Assembly: GCA_035259575.1 (NCBI GenBank)
Contig: DATFWE010000042.1
Coordinates: forward strand, 4,882-68,881
Direction: 5' to 3'
From: Haliangiales bacterium
GTDB taxonomy: Bacteria > Myxococcota_A > Polyangia > Haliangiales > SHYZ01
Length of the DNA stretch: 64,000 nucleotides
Shown here one piece after another: positions 1 to 9,183 of this stretch (positions within the stretch are counted from its first letter, which is position 1; each line of letters starts with the position of its first letter). The position numbers were made by a program, and so were the translations under genes. The notes beneath the pieces are model-generated. The model saw nothing but the letters and a program-made list of their open reading frames with translations. It was not told the origin of the DNA and did not search any database.

Positions 1-459
1 GGCGTCGGTCACCGGCCCGCGCGCGAACCCGACGTCGACCCTCCCCGCGTGCAGGGCCTCGATCTGCCGCGCCGGCGGCATGTCCTCGAGCTGGACCTCG
101 ACCCCGGGCAGCCGGGCGCGAAACGACCGGACGATCTCCGGCAGGCCGCCCAGCGCGGCCGCCGGGACGTAGGCGATCCGCAGCCGTCCCAGCTCGCCGC
201 GGGCGGCGCGCCGCGCGGCCGTGACGGCGTCCTCGATCCGCGCGAGCAGCAGCCTCGACTCGTCGAGGAACGCGGCGCCGGCCGGCGTGAGCGACACCCG
301 GCGCCGGTTGCGATCGAAGAGCCGCAGGCCCAGCTCCGCTTCGAGATCCCGGATCTGCCGGCTGAGCGACGGTTGGGCGATGTGGACGCGCGCCGCCGCG
401 CGCCCGAAGTGGAGCTCCTCGGCGAGCGTGACGAAGTAGCGAATGTGCCGGAGCTCCAT
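1..459 (-). CDS. LysR-family transcriptional regulator (3' end runs off the window)
   Basis: Manual translation from ATG 459: MELRHIRYFVTLAEELHFGRAAARVHIAQPSLSRQIRDLEAELGLRLFDRNRRRVSLTPAG, a classic LysR HTH. Not in the ORF track because it lacks a stop in the window. Confidence 0.93.
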   Translation of the reverse strand, partial: MELRHIRYFVTLAEELHFGRAAARVHIAQPSLSRQIRDLEAELGLRLFDRNRRRVSLTPAGAAFLDESRLLLARIEDAVTAARRAARGELGRLRIAYVPAAALGGLPEIVRSFRARLPGVEVQLEDMPPARQIEALHAGRVDVGFARGPVTDA

Positions 460-460
460 G

Positions 461-475
461 ATGCCCATTAGGTAT
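461..475. promoter_or_regulatory. Putative LysR binding site (T-N11-A, ATGC-N7-GTAT)
   Basis: Imperfect inverted repeat TGATGCC-CATTA-GGTATCA between the divergent lysR and MFS starts. Confidence 0.5.
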
Positions 476-495
476 CACAGCTTCCGGAAAAGATC

Positions 496-1758
496 TTGGA
501 CATGCGTGCCCGGCGACCGCATCTACCCCATGTGGCCCAAGCGTCTCGATCGCAGCGAGGAGCCGTCGGCACGGTGGCCGTCGCGACCGCGCTCAACCCG
601 CTGAACACCTCCATGATCGCGGTGGCGCTCGCGGACGTGCGGTCCGATCTCCGCGTCGGGCCCGCCTCGGCGTCCTTGTTGCTGCTGTCGTTCGCCCTGG
701 CGTCGGCGGTGGCCCAGCCTCTCGCCGGCTGGCTCGCCGATCGGGTCGGTTCCCGCCGCGTGCTCGTGGCCGGGCTGGCGATCGCGGGCGCGACCGGCGT
801 CGCGGCGGCGGCCGTGCCGTCGTTCGCGCCCCTCGTCGCGGTTCGGGCGATCCAGGCGCTCGGTACGTCGGTCGGGTTTCCCGCCGGCGTCGCGGCGCTC
901 GGGGCGCTGGTCGCGGGCGGGGGGCGGGGCGGGCGGGTCCCCGCGGCATGGCTCGGCGCGCTCACGGTCTCGAGCAACGCGAGCGCCGCGCTGGGCCCCG
1001 TGCTCGGAAGCTTCCTCGGCGCGGTCGCCGGCTGGCGGGCCGTGTTCCTCGTCAATGTCCCGATCTCGCTCGTCGCGATCGGCCTGGCGCTTGCGTATCT
1101 TCCGCCGGACGCGGCCGGGTCTCCGCGCCCCGTCGCGACGGATCGCGGGGCCGCCGGCGGACGCGCGTTGTGGTCGGTGTACGCCCGCTTTGCGCTGGTC
1201 TGCGCCATCTTCTACTCGGTGTTTTTCGCCCTCCCCCAGTGGCTCGAATCCACCCGGCGGCTCACGGCCCCGCAGACGGGGCTGGTGATGCTGCCGTTCG
1301 TGGGCACCGCGGTGCTCGCCATGCCGTTCGCCGTCAGGCTACTTTCGCGCGTCGGGGTCGCGCGCATGCTGGTCGTGGGAGCGGGCGGCCTGGTCGTGGC
1401 GACCTGGCTGCTGACGCTCGTGGGAGCCGACACGTCCGTCGTCGCGCTCGTCGCGATCGCGGCTGCACTCGGGGTACCCAGCGCGTTCAACAATCTGGGG
1501 CTCCAGGCCGAGCTCGTCGAGCATGCCCCCCGCGAGCGGCAAGGAGCGGCGGCCGGTTGGTTCCAGAACGCGCGATTCGTCGGCGCGATGGCGGCCGCCG
1601 GTCTGCTGGCGATGGTCGGCGACCCCGCCGCCACCCGCGGGCTGCGCACGCTGGCCGTGGTCCTGGCGCTCTCGAGCGTCGCGCTGCTCGTGTGGTCGGG
1701 ACGACGGGCGGTCGCGCTCGCCGCCCGCAAACCTGTCACCATCACGGAAAGGACATGA
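496..1758 (+). CDS. MFS transporter
   Basis: Many hydrophobic helices; LNPLNTSMIAVAL start and GWLADRVGSRRV MFS motif A. Start may be ATG 502. Confidence 0.88.
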   Translation: MDMRARRPHLPHVAQASRSQRGAVGTVAVATALNPLNTSMIAVALADVRSDLRVGPASASLLLLSFALASAVAQPLAGWLADRVGSRRVLVAGLAIAGATGVAAAAVPSFAPLVAVRAIQALGTSVGFPAGVAALGALVAGGGRGGRVPAAWLGALTVSSNASAALGPVLGSFLGAVAGWRAVFLVNVPISLVAIGLALAYLPPDAAGSPRPVATDRGAAGGRALWSVYARFALVCAIFYSVFFALPQWLESTRRLTAPQTGLVMLPFVGTAVLAMPFAVRLLSRVGVARMLVVGAGGLVVATWLLTLVGADTSVVALVAIAAALGVPSAFNNLGLQAELVEHAPRERQGAAAGWFQNARFVGAMAAAGLLAMVGDPAATRGLRTLAVVLALSSVALLVWSGRRAVALAARKPVTITERT

Positions 1759-2840
1759 TCATGACGGCTTCACTCGATGAGGCGCTCGACCGCCTGCGCG
1801 GTGCCGGAGGCGAGATCGCCGGCGGCGGCATGCCGAATCACGGGCCCATGGCCGCCGAGGCGCTGGTCGCGCTCGGCCGCGGCGACGTCGTGGCGCGCTG
1901 GGCGGAACGGTACCGCACCGTGCTGGGCACCATGCCGGAGGCGAGCTCGGCGGTCACGATGGCGTCGTGGCGCGACGCACTCGGGGCGCCGCTCCGCTTC
2001 GGCGACTGGGCGGCGTTCTTCCGCGATCAGGTGGCGAAAAAAACCTGGCGGACCGTGCTCGCATCGTGGATCGGTCTCCTCGTGCCCGCGATGAATTCGG
2101 GCGGCACGCATGGGCTCATCCGAACCGCCCACGCGCTGCGCGCGCTCGAGGACGCGGAGACGCCGCTGCGGATCGAGGAGCTGGCGGTCGCGCTCGCGTT
2201 CTGGGCGGCTTACTACCGAGCATTCCCCACGCCGGCGCGGCTGTCCGGGACGCTCGGCTTCGCCGAAGCTCTCGCGCGGGTGCCCCGGCTCATGCGCGGT
2301 CGAGACCGTCGGGGCTTTCCGAGGGACCTCGCCCACGTGGCGGGGTCGGATCCGGACCTCGCGATCGCGGTGGATCGCGCCGCCCCACCCGAGTCCATCG
2401 AGCGCGCGCTCGGCGAGATCACCGAGGCCGGAGCCCGTCTGTACCTGGCCAACGCCGACCGCCAACCGCTCGTGCTGCTTCACATCGTCACCAGCGCGGC
2501 GGCCCTCCGGCTCCTTCTGCCGCATCTGTCGAGCGACCTCAGGCCCGTCGCGTTCGCCGGCCTGTGGCAGGCCGCGGCCGCGAACGCGGCCATGTTCAGC
2601 GACGAGCCGGCGCGCGACGGCGACGACCAGGGGTCGTTCTCCGAGCCGGAGATCATCGACCGATCGGTCGAGACGGAAGACCCGCACGCGATCAAGTTCG
2701 CCGAGGCATGCCTCCGCGAGCACCGGTTGCGCCCTCGACCCGTGTACCTCGCAGCCGCACGAGACTTCGCCGAACGGGCCCGCCGGGCGCGGGGCTGGAG
2801 CGAGGCGGAGCGCGTGGCCGCCGGGATGGAGTTTCCCTGA
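1755..2840 (+). CDS. Questin oxidase family (DUF4243-like) protein
   Basis: C-terminal part of track ORF 948..2840. ATGA overlap with the MFS stop; motifs NHGPMAAEAL, HGLIRTAH, LHIVTSAAALR, DPHAIKFAEAC. Confidence 0.7.
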   Translation: MIMTASLDEALDRLRGAGGEIAGGGMPNHGPMAAEALVALGRGDVVARWAERYRTVLGTMPEASSAVTMASWRDALGAPLRFGDWAAFFRDQVAKKTWRTVLASWIGLLVPAMNSGGTHGLIRTAHALRALEDAETPLRIEELAVALAFWAAYYRAFPTPARLSGTLGFAEALARVPRLMRGRDRRGFPRDLAHVAGSDPDLAIAVDRAAPPESIERALGEITEAGARLYLANADRQPLVLLHIVTSAAALRLLLPHLSSDLRPVAFAGLWQAAAANAAMFSDEPARDGDDQGSFSEPEIIDRSVETEDPHAIKFAEACLREHRLRPRPVYLAAARDFAERARRARGWSEAERVAAGMEFP

Positions 2841-2865
2841 CGCGAATCCGCGTTACGCTTTCCGC

Positions 2866-4050
2866 GTGCACCTCTCGGCCGCCGCGGCGCGGCGCTTCCT
2901 CGTCCGGCGCCACCTCCTCGCCCCGCCGCGATCGCTGCCCGCGCGGGCGCGCTCGGTGCTCGCCGTCGTCCGCGCGCTCGGATCGCTGCAGTTCGACCCG
3001 CTCGAGACCCCGGGCGCGCGCAACCACGAGCTGGTCCTCCACGCGCGCGTGGCCGGCTACCGCCGGGGCTGGTGCGAGCGCTGGCTCTACGGGCCCGATC
3101 GCCGCCTGTTCGAGGCCTACAACAAGTCGCTCAACATCCTTCCCGTCGAGGAGCTCCCCTACCACCGCATCAGCTTTTCGCGCGGCTGGCCGGGGTACGG
3201 CCAGCTCCTCGCCGGCCACACCGCCGAGACGGCGCGCATCCTCGCGACGATCGCCGAGCGCGGGCCGCTGCCGAGCTCGTACTTCTCCAGGGAGATCAAC
3301 CATACGCTGCCGGGCGGCTGGGGGCCGATGCGCGCCGGACGCCTGCTCGTCGAGGGACTGTTCGTGCACGGGCGCCTGGCGATCGCGCGCCGCGACGGGA
3401 ACACCCGCTTCTACGACCTGCCCGAGCGCGTCTATCCCGCCGAGCTCCTGGCGCGGCCGGTCGAGGACGGCGCGGCGCTGCGGCATCGCCTGCTCACGCG
3501 CTTCCGCGGCGTCGGGCTCCTCGGCGCGGGGGGCGCGGCCGAGGTGACGACCGGGACGGGGCCGGCCGCCGCGCGCCGGAAGGCCATCGAGGGGCTCGCC
3601 GCCGAGGGCGTCCTCGTGCCGGTCACCGTCGAGGGCGTGCGCGGCCCGCGCTGGATCCTCGCCGAGGAACGGCCGCTCCTCGATGCGGGCGCGGCAGGCG
3701 GCGCCGTCACGTTCCTCGGGCCGCTCGATCCGTTCCTGTGGGATCGCCGCCTCGTGCGCGAGCTCTTCGGCTTCGACTACACCTGGGAGGTCTACACGCC
3801 GGCGAAGAAGCGCAAGCACGGCTACTACGTCTTGCCGATCCTCTTCGGCGACCGGCTGGTGGGGCGGATCGAGCCGCGCCTCGACCGGGAGGCCGAGACG
3901 CTGGCGATCGCCGGCCTGTGGCACGAGGCCTCGTTCCGGCCGACGCGCCGCTACCGCGCGGCGTTCGACGACGCGCTGGAGGCCTACCGCGCGTTCGTCG
4001 GTGCCGACGAGGTCGTCCGCTCCAGGCTCAGTGATGGTGCGCGGCCATGA
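2866..4050 (+). CDS. YcaQ/AlkZ-like DNA glycosylase (winged-helix) family protein
   Basis: GTG 2866 start (MHLSAAAARRFLVRRHLL); motifs LQFDPL, NHELVLHARV and LGPLDPFLWDRR..LFGFDYTWEVYTPAKKRKHGYYVLPIL. Confidence 0.85.
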   Translation: MHLSAAAARRFLVRRHLLAPPRSLPARARSVLAVVRALGSLQFDPLETPGARNHELVLHARVAGYRRGWCERWLYGPDRRLFEAYNKSLNILPVEELPYHRISFSRGWPGYGQLLAGHTAETARILATIAERGPLPSSYFSREINHTLPGGWGPMRAGRLLVEGLFVHGRLAIARRDGNTRFYDLPERVYPAELLARPVEDGAALRHRLLTRFRGVGLLGAGGAAEVTTGTGPAAARRKAIEGLAAEGVLVPVTVEGVRGPRWILAEERPLLDAGAAGGAVTFLGPLDPFLWDRRLVRELFGFDYTWEVYTPAKKRKHGYYVLPILFGDRLVGRIEPRLDREAETLAIAGLWHEASFRPTRRYRAAFDDALEAYRAFVGADEVVRSRLSDGARP

Positions 4051-4651
4051 ACAGCGGCCGGAGGGCGAGCCACACCGCGAGGAGGCCCCACGCGACGGCC
4101 TGCACCGCCGGGGCGACGCGTACGCCGAGCCGCCGGAGGCCGGCGCCGGCGAGCGCGGGCACGAGCAGGCCGGGCAGCGTCCCGACCCAGAACGCGGCCA
4201 TGGTGAGCGCGCCCTCCCCCGTTCCGCCGCTCCCGGCGGCGAGGATCCACGCCGGGACGAGCATGCCGCAGGGCAGAAATCCCGTCGCGGCGCCCAGGCC
4301 CAGACCGCCGCGCGGCAGGCGGCGGACGAGCCGCGTCCAGACGCCCGGCCGGCGGAGCGGCACGAGCCGCGACGCACCGGCGGCCACGATCGGCGACACC
4401 GCGCGCGCGATCGCGAATGCGGCGACGAGGAGGAGCGTCACGGTCTGCACCGTGCCGACGGGGAGGGCGCACAGCGCGTGCTCGCCCAGCGCGCCCATGA
4501 TCGCGCCGGCCGCCCCGTAGGACGCGAGGCGGCCGACCTGGTAGCGCGCGCGTCCACTTGCCGCGGCGGCGAGCGGCCCGCACATCGCCGCGCAATGGAG
4601 CGATCCGGCCAGGCCGGCGGCGGCGGCGGTGGCGAGCGCGGCGATCATCAT
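4028..4651 (-). CDS. DsbD_2 / sulfite-exporter TauE-SafE-like membrane protein of cco clusters
   Basis: GLAGSLHCAAMCGPL and GFLPCGML motifs; ATGA-coupled to ccoG. Confidence 0.85.
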   Translation of the reverse strand: MMIAALATAAAAGLAGSLHCAAMCGPLAAAASGRARYQVGRLASYGAAGAIMGALGEHALCALPVGTVQTVTLLLVAAFAIARAVSPIVAAGASRLVPLRRPGVWTRLVRRLPRGGLGLGAATGFLPCGMLVPAWILAAGSGGTGEGALTMAAFWVGTLPGLLVPALAGAGLRRLGVRVAPAVQAVAWGLLAVWLALRPLFMAAHHH

Positions 4652-6006
4652 GGGCGCGGCCCCAGGAAGCGCGCCTCGAGCACGCGGGTCTCGCCGCCCG
4701 CGGACACGCGGATGGGCACGCGCCTCTCACCGCGGAATTGCGCGCGCGGCACGATCATGAACACCGGGGCGTGCGCGTCGGCCATCGGCTCGAGCGCGAT
4801 CTCCGCCATCGGCACGACGAAGCTCATCCCCGGCGAGGTCTCGGGCGCGATGGTGAACGTCGCCGGCTCGGCCTTCTTGTTGACGAGGTGGATCTCGAAC
4901 GAGTTCGTGACCTTCTCGGCGTCGACGACGAACGGCAGGCCGCGGGTGCGGAGGAGGTTCGCCTCGAAGCCGGCGCGGCCGGCGAGCGCCAGCGCCGCCG
5001 CCACGATCGCCGCGCCGAAGACGGCGAGATAGAGGTAAAGGCGCGGGCGCAGGACTCGTTTGCGCTTCCCGTCGAGCCCGTTGAGCGAGTCGTAGCGGAT
5101 CAGGCCCCGCTTGCGCCCGATCTTGACCATGATCTCGTCGCAGGCGTCGATGCAGGCGGTGCAGGCGATGCAGTCGAGCTGGAGGCCGTTGCGGATGTCG
5201 ATGCCGGTGGGGCACACGACGACGCAGCGTTTGCAGTCGACGCAGTCCCCGGCTCCGGCGGCGCCGAGCTTGCCCCGCGGCTCCCCCCGCGCGGCGTCGT
5301 AGCCGATGACGAGCGAGTCCTTGTCGAGGAGCACCGCCTGCAGCCGGCCGTACGGGCACACGCCGATGCATAGCTGCTCGCGGAAGAACGCGAAGTTGAG
5401 GTACAGCGCCGCGGTGGTCGCGGCGGCGACCGCGAACGCCTCGGGGTGGGCCGCCGGCGATCCTTGCACCATCTGGAACAATCCGGGGAGCGAGGCGAAG
5501 TAGGCGAGGAAGACGTGCGCCAGGACGAACGAGATGGCGACCCACGCGGCGTGGGTAGCGGCCTTGCGCCAGACGCGATCCCACGTCCACGCTCCTGCGT
5601 CGCGGCGCATGCGCCTCTCGCGCGGGCCCTGGAGCCAGCGTTCGACGCGGCGGTACACGCCGTCGAGGAACACCGTCTGCGGGCACGCCCATCCGCACCA
5701 CACCCGCCCCAGGAGCGCAGTCGCCACGAACAGGACGAACCCGACGCCGAGGAGGACCACCAGCATCATCCAGATGTCCTGGGCGTTGAACGTCGCGCCG
5801 AAGAGGTGGAAGTGGCGCCGCGGGATGTCGATGAACACGGCAGGATGGCCGCCGATGCGGATCCACGGCAGGGCCACGTAGACGCCGATCAGCGCCGCGA
5901 ACGTCCATCGCCGGGCCGTCGCGAACCGCCCCGTCACGTCCGCGGGGTAGACGAACTTCCGGTGCCCGTCGGGGAGGAGCGAGCTCGCGGCGCCGTCGGG
6001 GATCAT
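4648..6006 (-). CDS. ccoG: cbb3 oxidase accessory 4Fe-4S protein CcoG/FixG
   Basis: CGWACPQ, CIGVCPYG, CVDCKRCVVVCP and CIACTACIDAC motifs; start ATG 6006 overlaps the ccoP stop. Confidence 0.93.
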   Translation of the reverse strand: MIPDGAASSLLPDGHRKFVYPADVTGRFATARRWTFAALIGVYVALPWIRIGGHPAVFIDIPRRHFHLFGATFNAQDIWMMLVVLLGVGFVLFVATALLGRVWCGWACPQTVFLDGVYRRVERWLQGPRERRMRRDAGAWTWDRVWRKAATHAAWVAISFVLAHVFLAYFASLPGLFQMVQGSPAAHPEAFAVAAATTAALYLNFAFFREQLCIGVCPYGRLQAVLLDKDSLVIGYDAARGEPRGKLGAAGAGDCVDCKRCVVVCPTGIDIRNGLQLDCIACTACIDACDEIMVKIGRKRGLIRYDSLNGLDGKRKRVLRPRLYLYLAVFGAAIVAAALALAGRAGFEANLLRTRGLPFVVDAEKVTNSFEIHLVNKKAEPATFTIAPETSPGMSFVVPMAEIALEPMADAHAPVFMIVPRAQFRGERRVPIRVSAGGETRVLEARFLGPRP

Positions 6007-6557
6007 ATCTCCGGGGCGCCCTGCGGCGCCTTGCCCGCGGGCGCGTCGGTGTGGCGCAGGGTGAGGACGTAGGATACGACCTCGCGGACCTTCTGCTCCC
6101 CGAGCTGGGGGCCCCACGCCGGCATCCCCTTGTCGAGGACGCCGCCGCGGACGACCTTGATGATGTCCTCCGGCCTGCCGCCGTGGATCCAGTAGCGGTC
6201 GGTGAGGTTCGGTCCGATCTGCCCGCCGCCGTCGGCGCGGTGGCAGGCGGCGCACGTGGCCACGAACGTGGCCTTGCCCGCGCCGACTATGGCGACGTTC
6301 TTCGCCATCGCCTCGAGCTTCTCGCCGGTGAGCTCGCCCTCGGCGGCGAGCTTCTTGGCCTCTTCCTGCGCGAGGGCGTACTTTTCGGCCTTGTACTGGT
6401 CGACCGGGCTGGGCCCGGCCTTGAGCACCTGGAACCAGATCCAGTAGCACGTGGCGAAGACGACCGTGCCGAAGAGGATCCCGCGCCACCACAGCGGGAG
6501 CTCGTTGTCGAGCTCGCGCAGGTCATCGTCGTAGGTATGGAGCGGCTTGTCACTCAT
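6003..6557 (-). CDS. ccoP: cbb3 oxidase subunit III (short mono-heme CcoP)
   Basis: HTYDDDLRELDNELPLWW N-terminus, single CAACH, GPNLTD and MPAWG; GGAGAGG SD before ATG 6557. Confidence 0.9.
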   Translation of the reverse strand: MSDKPLHTYDDDLRELDNELPLWWRGILFGTVVFATCYWIWFQVLKAGPSPVDQYKAEKYALAQEEAKKLAAEGELTGEKLEAMAKNVAIVGAGKATFVATCAACHRADGGGQIGPNLTDRYWIHGGRPEDIIKVVRGGVLDKGMPAWGPQLGEQKVREVVSYVLTLRHTDAPAGKAPQGAPEI

Positions 6558-6723
6558 GGTCCTCTCCATCGAGGGGAAGGCGCGCGATGCGCTCGTAGCG
6601 GCCCTTGGCGCGCCAGGCGCGCACCGCCGCGGCCGCGAACACGACCGCGAACAGCAGGAACGCCGCCAGCGGCAGGGCGAGGAGCGGGCTCTTGGCGAGG
6701 AGCTCTCCGAAAAGGAACCTCAC
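6550..6723 (-). CDS. ccoQ: CcoQ/FixQ-like small membrane subunit (57 aa; not separately listed in the ORF track)
   Basis: MRFLFGELLAKSPLLALPLAAFLLFAVVFAAAAVRAWRAKGRYERIARLPLDGEDHE; GTGA overlap with the ccoNO stop; one TM helix plus ARLPLD tail, between ccoO and ccoP. Confidence 0.75.
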   Translation of the reverse strand: MRFLFGELLAKSPLLALPLAAFLLFAVVFAAAAVRAWRAKGRYERIARLPLDGEDHE

Positions 6724-9032
6724 GGCGCACCTCCGGCCTGGGCCACGCTCTTGGGCGCGACGGTGTCGTCGGGCGGCAGCGATTTCTTCCCCAGGCTCTG
6801 CAGATAGGCGACCAGCGCGACGAGCTCGCTGTCGGGGGCCACGGCGATCCCGCTCTGGGCGAGATCCGCGGCGATGCCGGCGCCCTGCGCCCGCGCGTCG
6901 TCGCCGGCGGACGCGACCTCGGCCGCGTCGTAGGGGACGCCGAGCATCCGCATCACGCCGAGCTTCGAGCGGGTGCGCCCGAGGTCGACGCGGCCGTCGG
7001 CGAGGAACGCGTAGGGCGGCATGTTGGAGCCCGGCGACGTCGACCGCGGGTCGAGGAGGTGCTGGTAGTGCCACAGGTTGGGGTACTTGCCGCCGACGCG
7101 CGCGAGATCGGGTCCGGTGCGCTTGGACCCCCACTGGAACGGGTGGTCGAAGGCGGAGTCGGCGAGCTGGGACCGATCGCCGTAGCGCTGCGTCTCGAAG
7201 CGCATCGGGCGGATCATCTGCGAGTGGCAGGTGTAGCAGCCCTCGCGCAGGTAGATGTCGCGCCCCTCGAGCTCGAGCGGCGTGTACGGGTGCGTCTGGC
7301 CGGGCGGACCGTCGGTCTTGGCGATGACCACCGACGGCACGATCTCCGCCACGCCGCCGACGAGGATGGCGATCAGCGTGAACACGGTGAACAGCAGCGG
7401 CCGCCCTTCGAGCAGCCGGTGCAGCCCGGCGCTGCCGCCGGACAGCTTGATCGCCCAGAACCCGACCAGGCCCACGAACCCCGCCAGCATGAGGAAGCCG
7501 AGCGCGCCGATCGTGTCGAGGAAGCCGACGGCGATCGCCAGGCTCCCCACGATGCCGACCAGGACGAGCGGCGGGGCGAAGACGATCTTCTTCCACGACG
7601 GCTCCGCCGCGCGAGCGAGCGGGACCACCTCGACCACGCCGTCGACCGCCTTGCCGGCGCGCGCCGTCTTCCACAGGTTCCACGCCATCACGCCCATGCC
7701 GGCGAGGTACATCGCCCCGCCGACGACGCGCACGATGTACATCGGGCGGATCGCGGCGAGCGTCTCGACGAAGTTGGGGTACATGAGGCCGCCGCCGTCG
7801 CCCTGCGCGCGCCACATCATGCCCTGCGTCACGCCCGACACCCACATCGCCACGACGTAGAGCAGGATGCCGATCGTCCCCAGGTAGAAGTGCGCCTCCG
7901 CCGCGGGCTTCGAGTAGAGCTTGGTGCCGAAGAGGCGCGGCACCATCCAGTAGAACATCCCGGCGGCCATGAAGCCGTTCCACCCCAGCGCCCCGGAGTG
8001 CACGTGCCCGATGATCCAGTCGGTGTAGTGCGCCAGCGACGATACGCTCTTGATCGACAGGAGTGGCCCCTCGAACGTCGCCATGCCGTAGAACGTCACC
8101 CCGGCGACGAAGAACTTGAGCACCGGGTCCTGGCGGACCTTGTCCCACGCGCCGCGGAGCGTCAGCAGCCCGTTCAGCATGCCGCCCCAGCTCGGCGCCC
8201 ACAGCATGACCGAGAACACCATGCCGAGCGTCTGCGCCCAGTCGGGGAGCGCAGTGTTCAGCAGGTGGTGCGGGCCCGCCCAGATGTACACGAAGATGAG
8301 CGCCCAGAAGTGGACGATCGACAGGCGGTAGGAGTAGACCGGCCGGTCGGCAGCCTTGGGCAGGTAGTAGTACATGATGCCGAGCACCGGCGTGGTGAGG
8401 AAGAACGCCACCGCGTTGTGCCCGTACCACCACTGCACCAGCGCGTCCTGCGCCCCGGCGAAGATGGAATAGCTCTTGAGCGCCGACAGCGGCAGCGACA
8501 GGCTGTTCACCACGTGCAGCACCGCCACCGTCACGATCGTCGAGATGTAGAACCAGAGCGCCACGTAGAGGTGCTTCTCGTTGCGCCGGGCGAGGGTCCA
8601 GAAGAAGTTGATCGCGAACGTCACCCACACCACCGCGATGGCGACGTCGATGGGCCACTCCAGCTCGGCGTACTCCTTGCCCTGCGTGAAGCCGAGGGGG
8701 AGCGTGATCGCCGCGGCGAGGATGATCGCCTGCCACCCCCAGAAATGGATCGCCGCCAGCTTGTCCGACGCGATGCGCGCCTTGAGCAGGCGCTGCGTCG
8801 AGTAGTAGATGCCGGCGAAGATCATGTTGCCGACGAACGCGAAGATGACCGCGTTGGTGTGGAGCGGGCGGAGGCGGCCGAAGCTCAGCCAGGGGGCCGC
8901 ATTCGCCTGGGGAAACGCCAGCTGCACGGCGACGACGATGCCCACGAGGAGGCCGACGAGCCCCCACCCCACCGAGGCGGCGATGAACTGTCGGCTGATC
9001 TTGTCGTTGTAGACGACCTTAACGGTGGCCAT
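6720..9032 (-). CDS. ccoN: Fused cbb3-type cytochrome c oxidase subunit I/II (CcoN-CcoO)
   Basis: LRPLHTNAVIFAF, HNAVAFFLT, WAGPHHL and HVHSGALGW in CcoN; EGCYTCHSQMIRP, WGSKRTGPDL and SNMP in CcoO. Confidence 0.97.
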   Translation of the reverse strand: MATVKVVYNDKISRQFIAASVGWGLVGLLVGIVVAVQLAFPQANAAPWLSFGRLRPLHTNAVIFAFVGNMIFAGIYYSTQRLLKARIASDKLAAIHFWGWQAIILAAAITLPLGFTQGKEYAELEWPIDVAIAVVWVTFAINFFWTLARRNEKHLYVALWFYISTIVTVAVLHVVNSLSLPLSALKSYSIFAGAQDALVQWWYGHNAVAFFLTTPVLGIMYYYLPKAADRPVYSYRLSIVHFWALIFVYIWAGPHHLLNTALPDWAQTLGMVFSVMLWAPSWGGMLNGLLTLRGAWDKVRQDPVLKFFVAGVTFYGMATFEGPLLSIKSVSSLAHYTDWIIGHVHSGALGWNGFMAAGMFYWMVPRLFGTKLYSKPAAEAHFYLGTIGILLYVVAMWVSGVTQGMMWRAQGDGGGLMYPNFVETLAAIRPMYIVRVVGGAMYLAGMGVMAWNLWKTARAGKAVDGVVEVVPLARAAEPSWKKIVFAPPLVLVGIVGSLAIAVGFLDTIGALGFLMLAGFVGLVGFWAIKLSGGSAGLHRLLEGRPLLFTVFTLIAILVGGVAEIVPSVVIAKTDGPPGQTHPYTPLELEGRDIYLREGCYTCHSQMIRPMRFETQRYGDRSQLADSAFDHPFQWGSKRTGPDLARVGGKYPNLWHYQHLLDPRSTSPGSNMPPYAFLADGRVDLGRTRSKLGVMRMLGVPYDAAEVASAGDDARAQGAGIAADLAQSGIAVAPDSELVALVAYLQSLGKKSLPPDDTVAPKSVAQAGGAP

Positions 9033-9183
9033 GGGTCTCCTCGGTTTTTTCGTCGCGTAGGGGAAACAGGGACAGGCGATCGGCGTGCTCGTGGTCGCGC
9101 TGCTTCATGCTGAAGCCGAAAAGGAGGATCGAGCCGGCGACGAGCATCAGGCTCACGAACACCTGGAGGATCACGACCGCCAT
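9019..9183 (-). CDS. ccoS: cbb3 oxidase maturation protein CcoS/FixS (54 aa; not separately listed in the ORF track)
   Basis: MAVVILQVFVSLMLVAGSILLFGFSMKQRDHEHADRLSLFPLRDE; one TM helix, between ccoI and ccoN, overlapping both. Confidence 0.8.
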   Translation of the reverse strand: MAVVILQVFVSLMLVAGSILLFGFSMKQRDHEHADRLSLFPLRDEKTEETHGHR

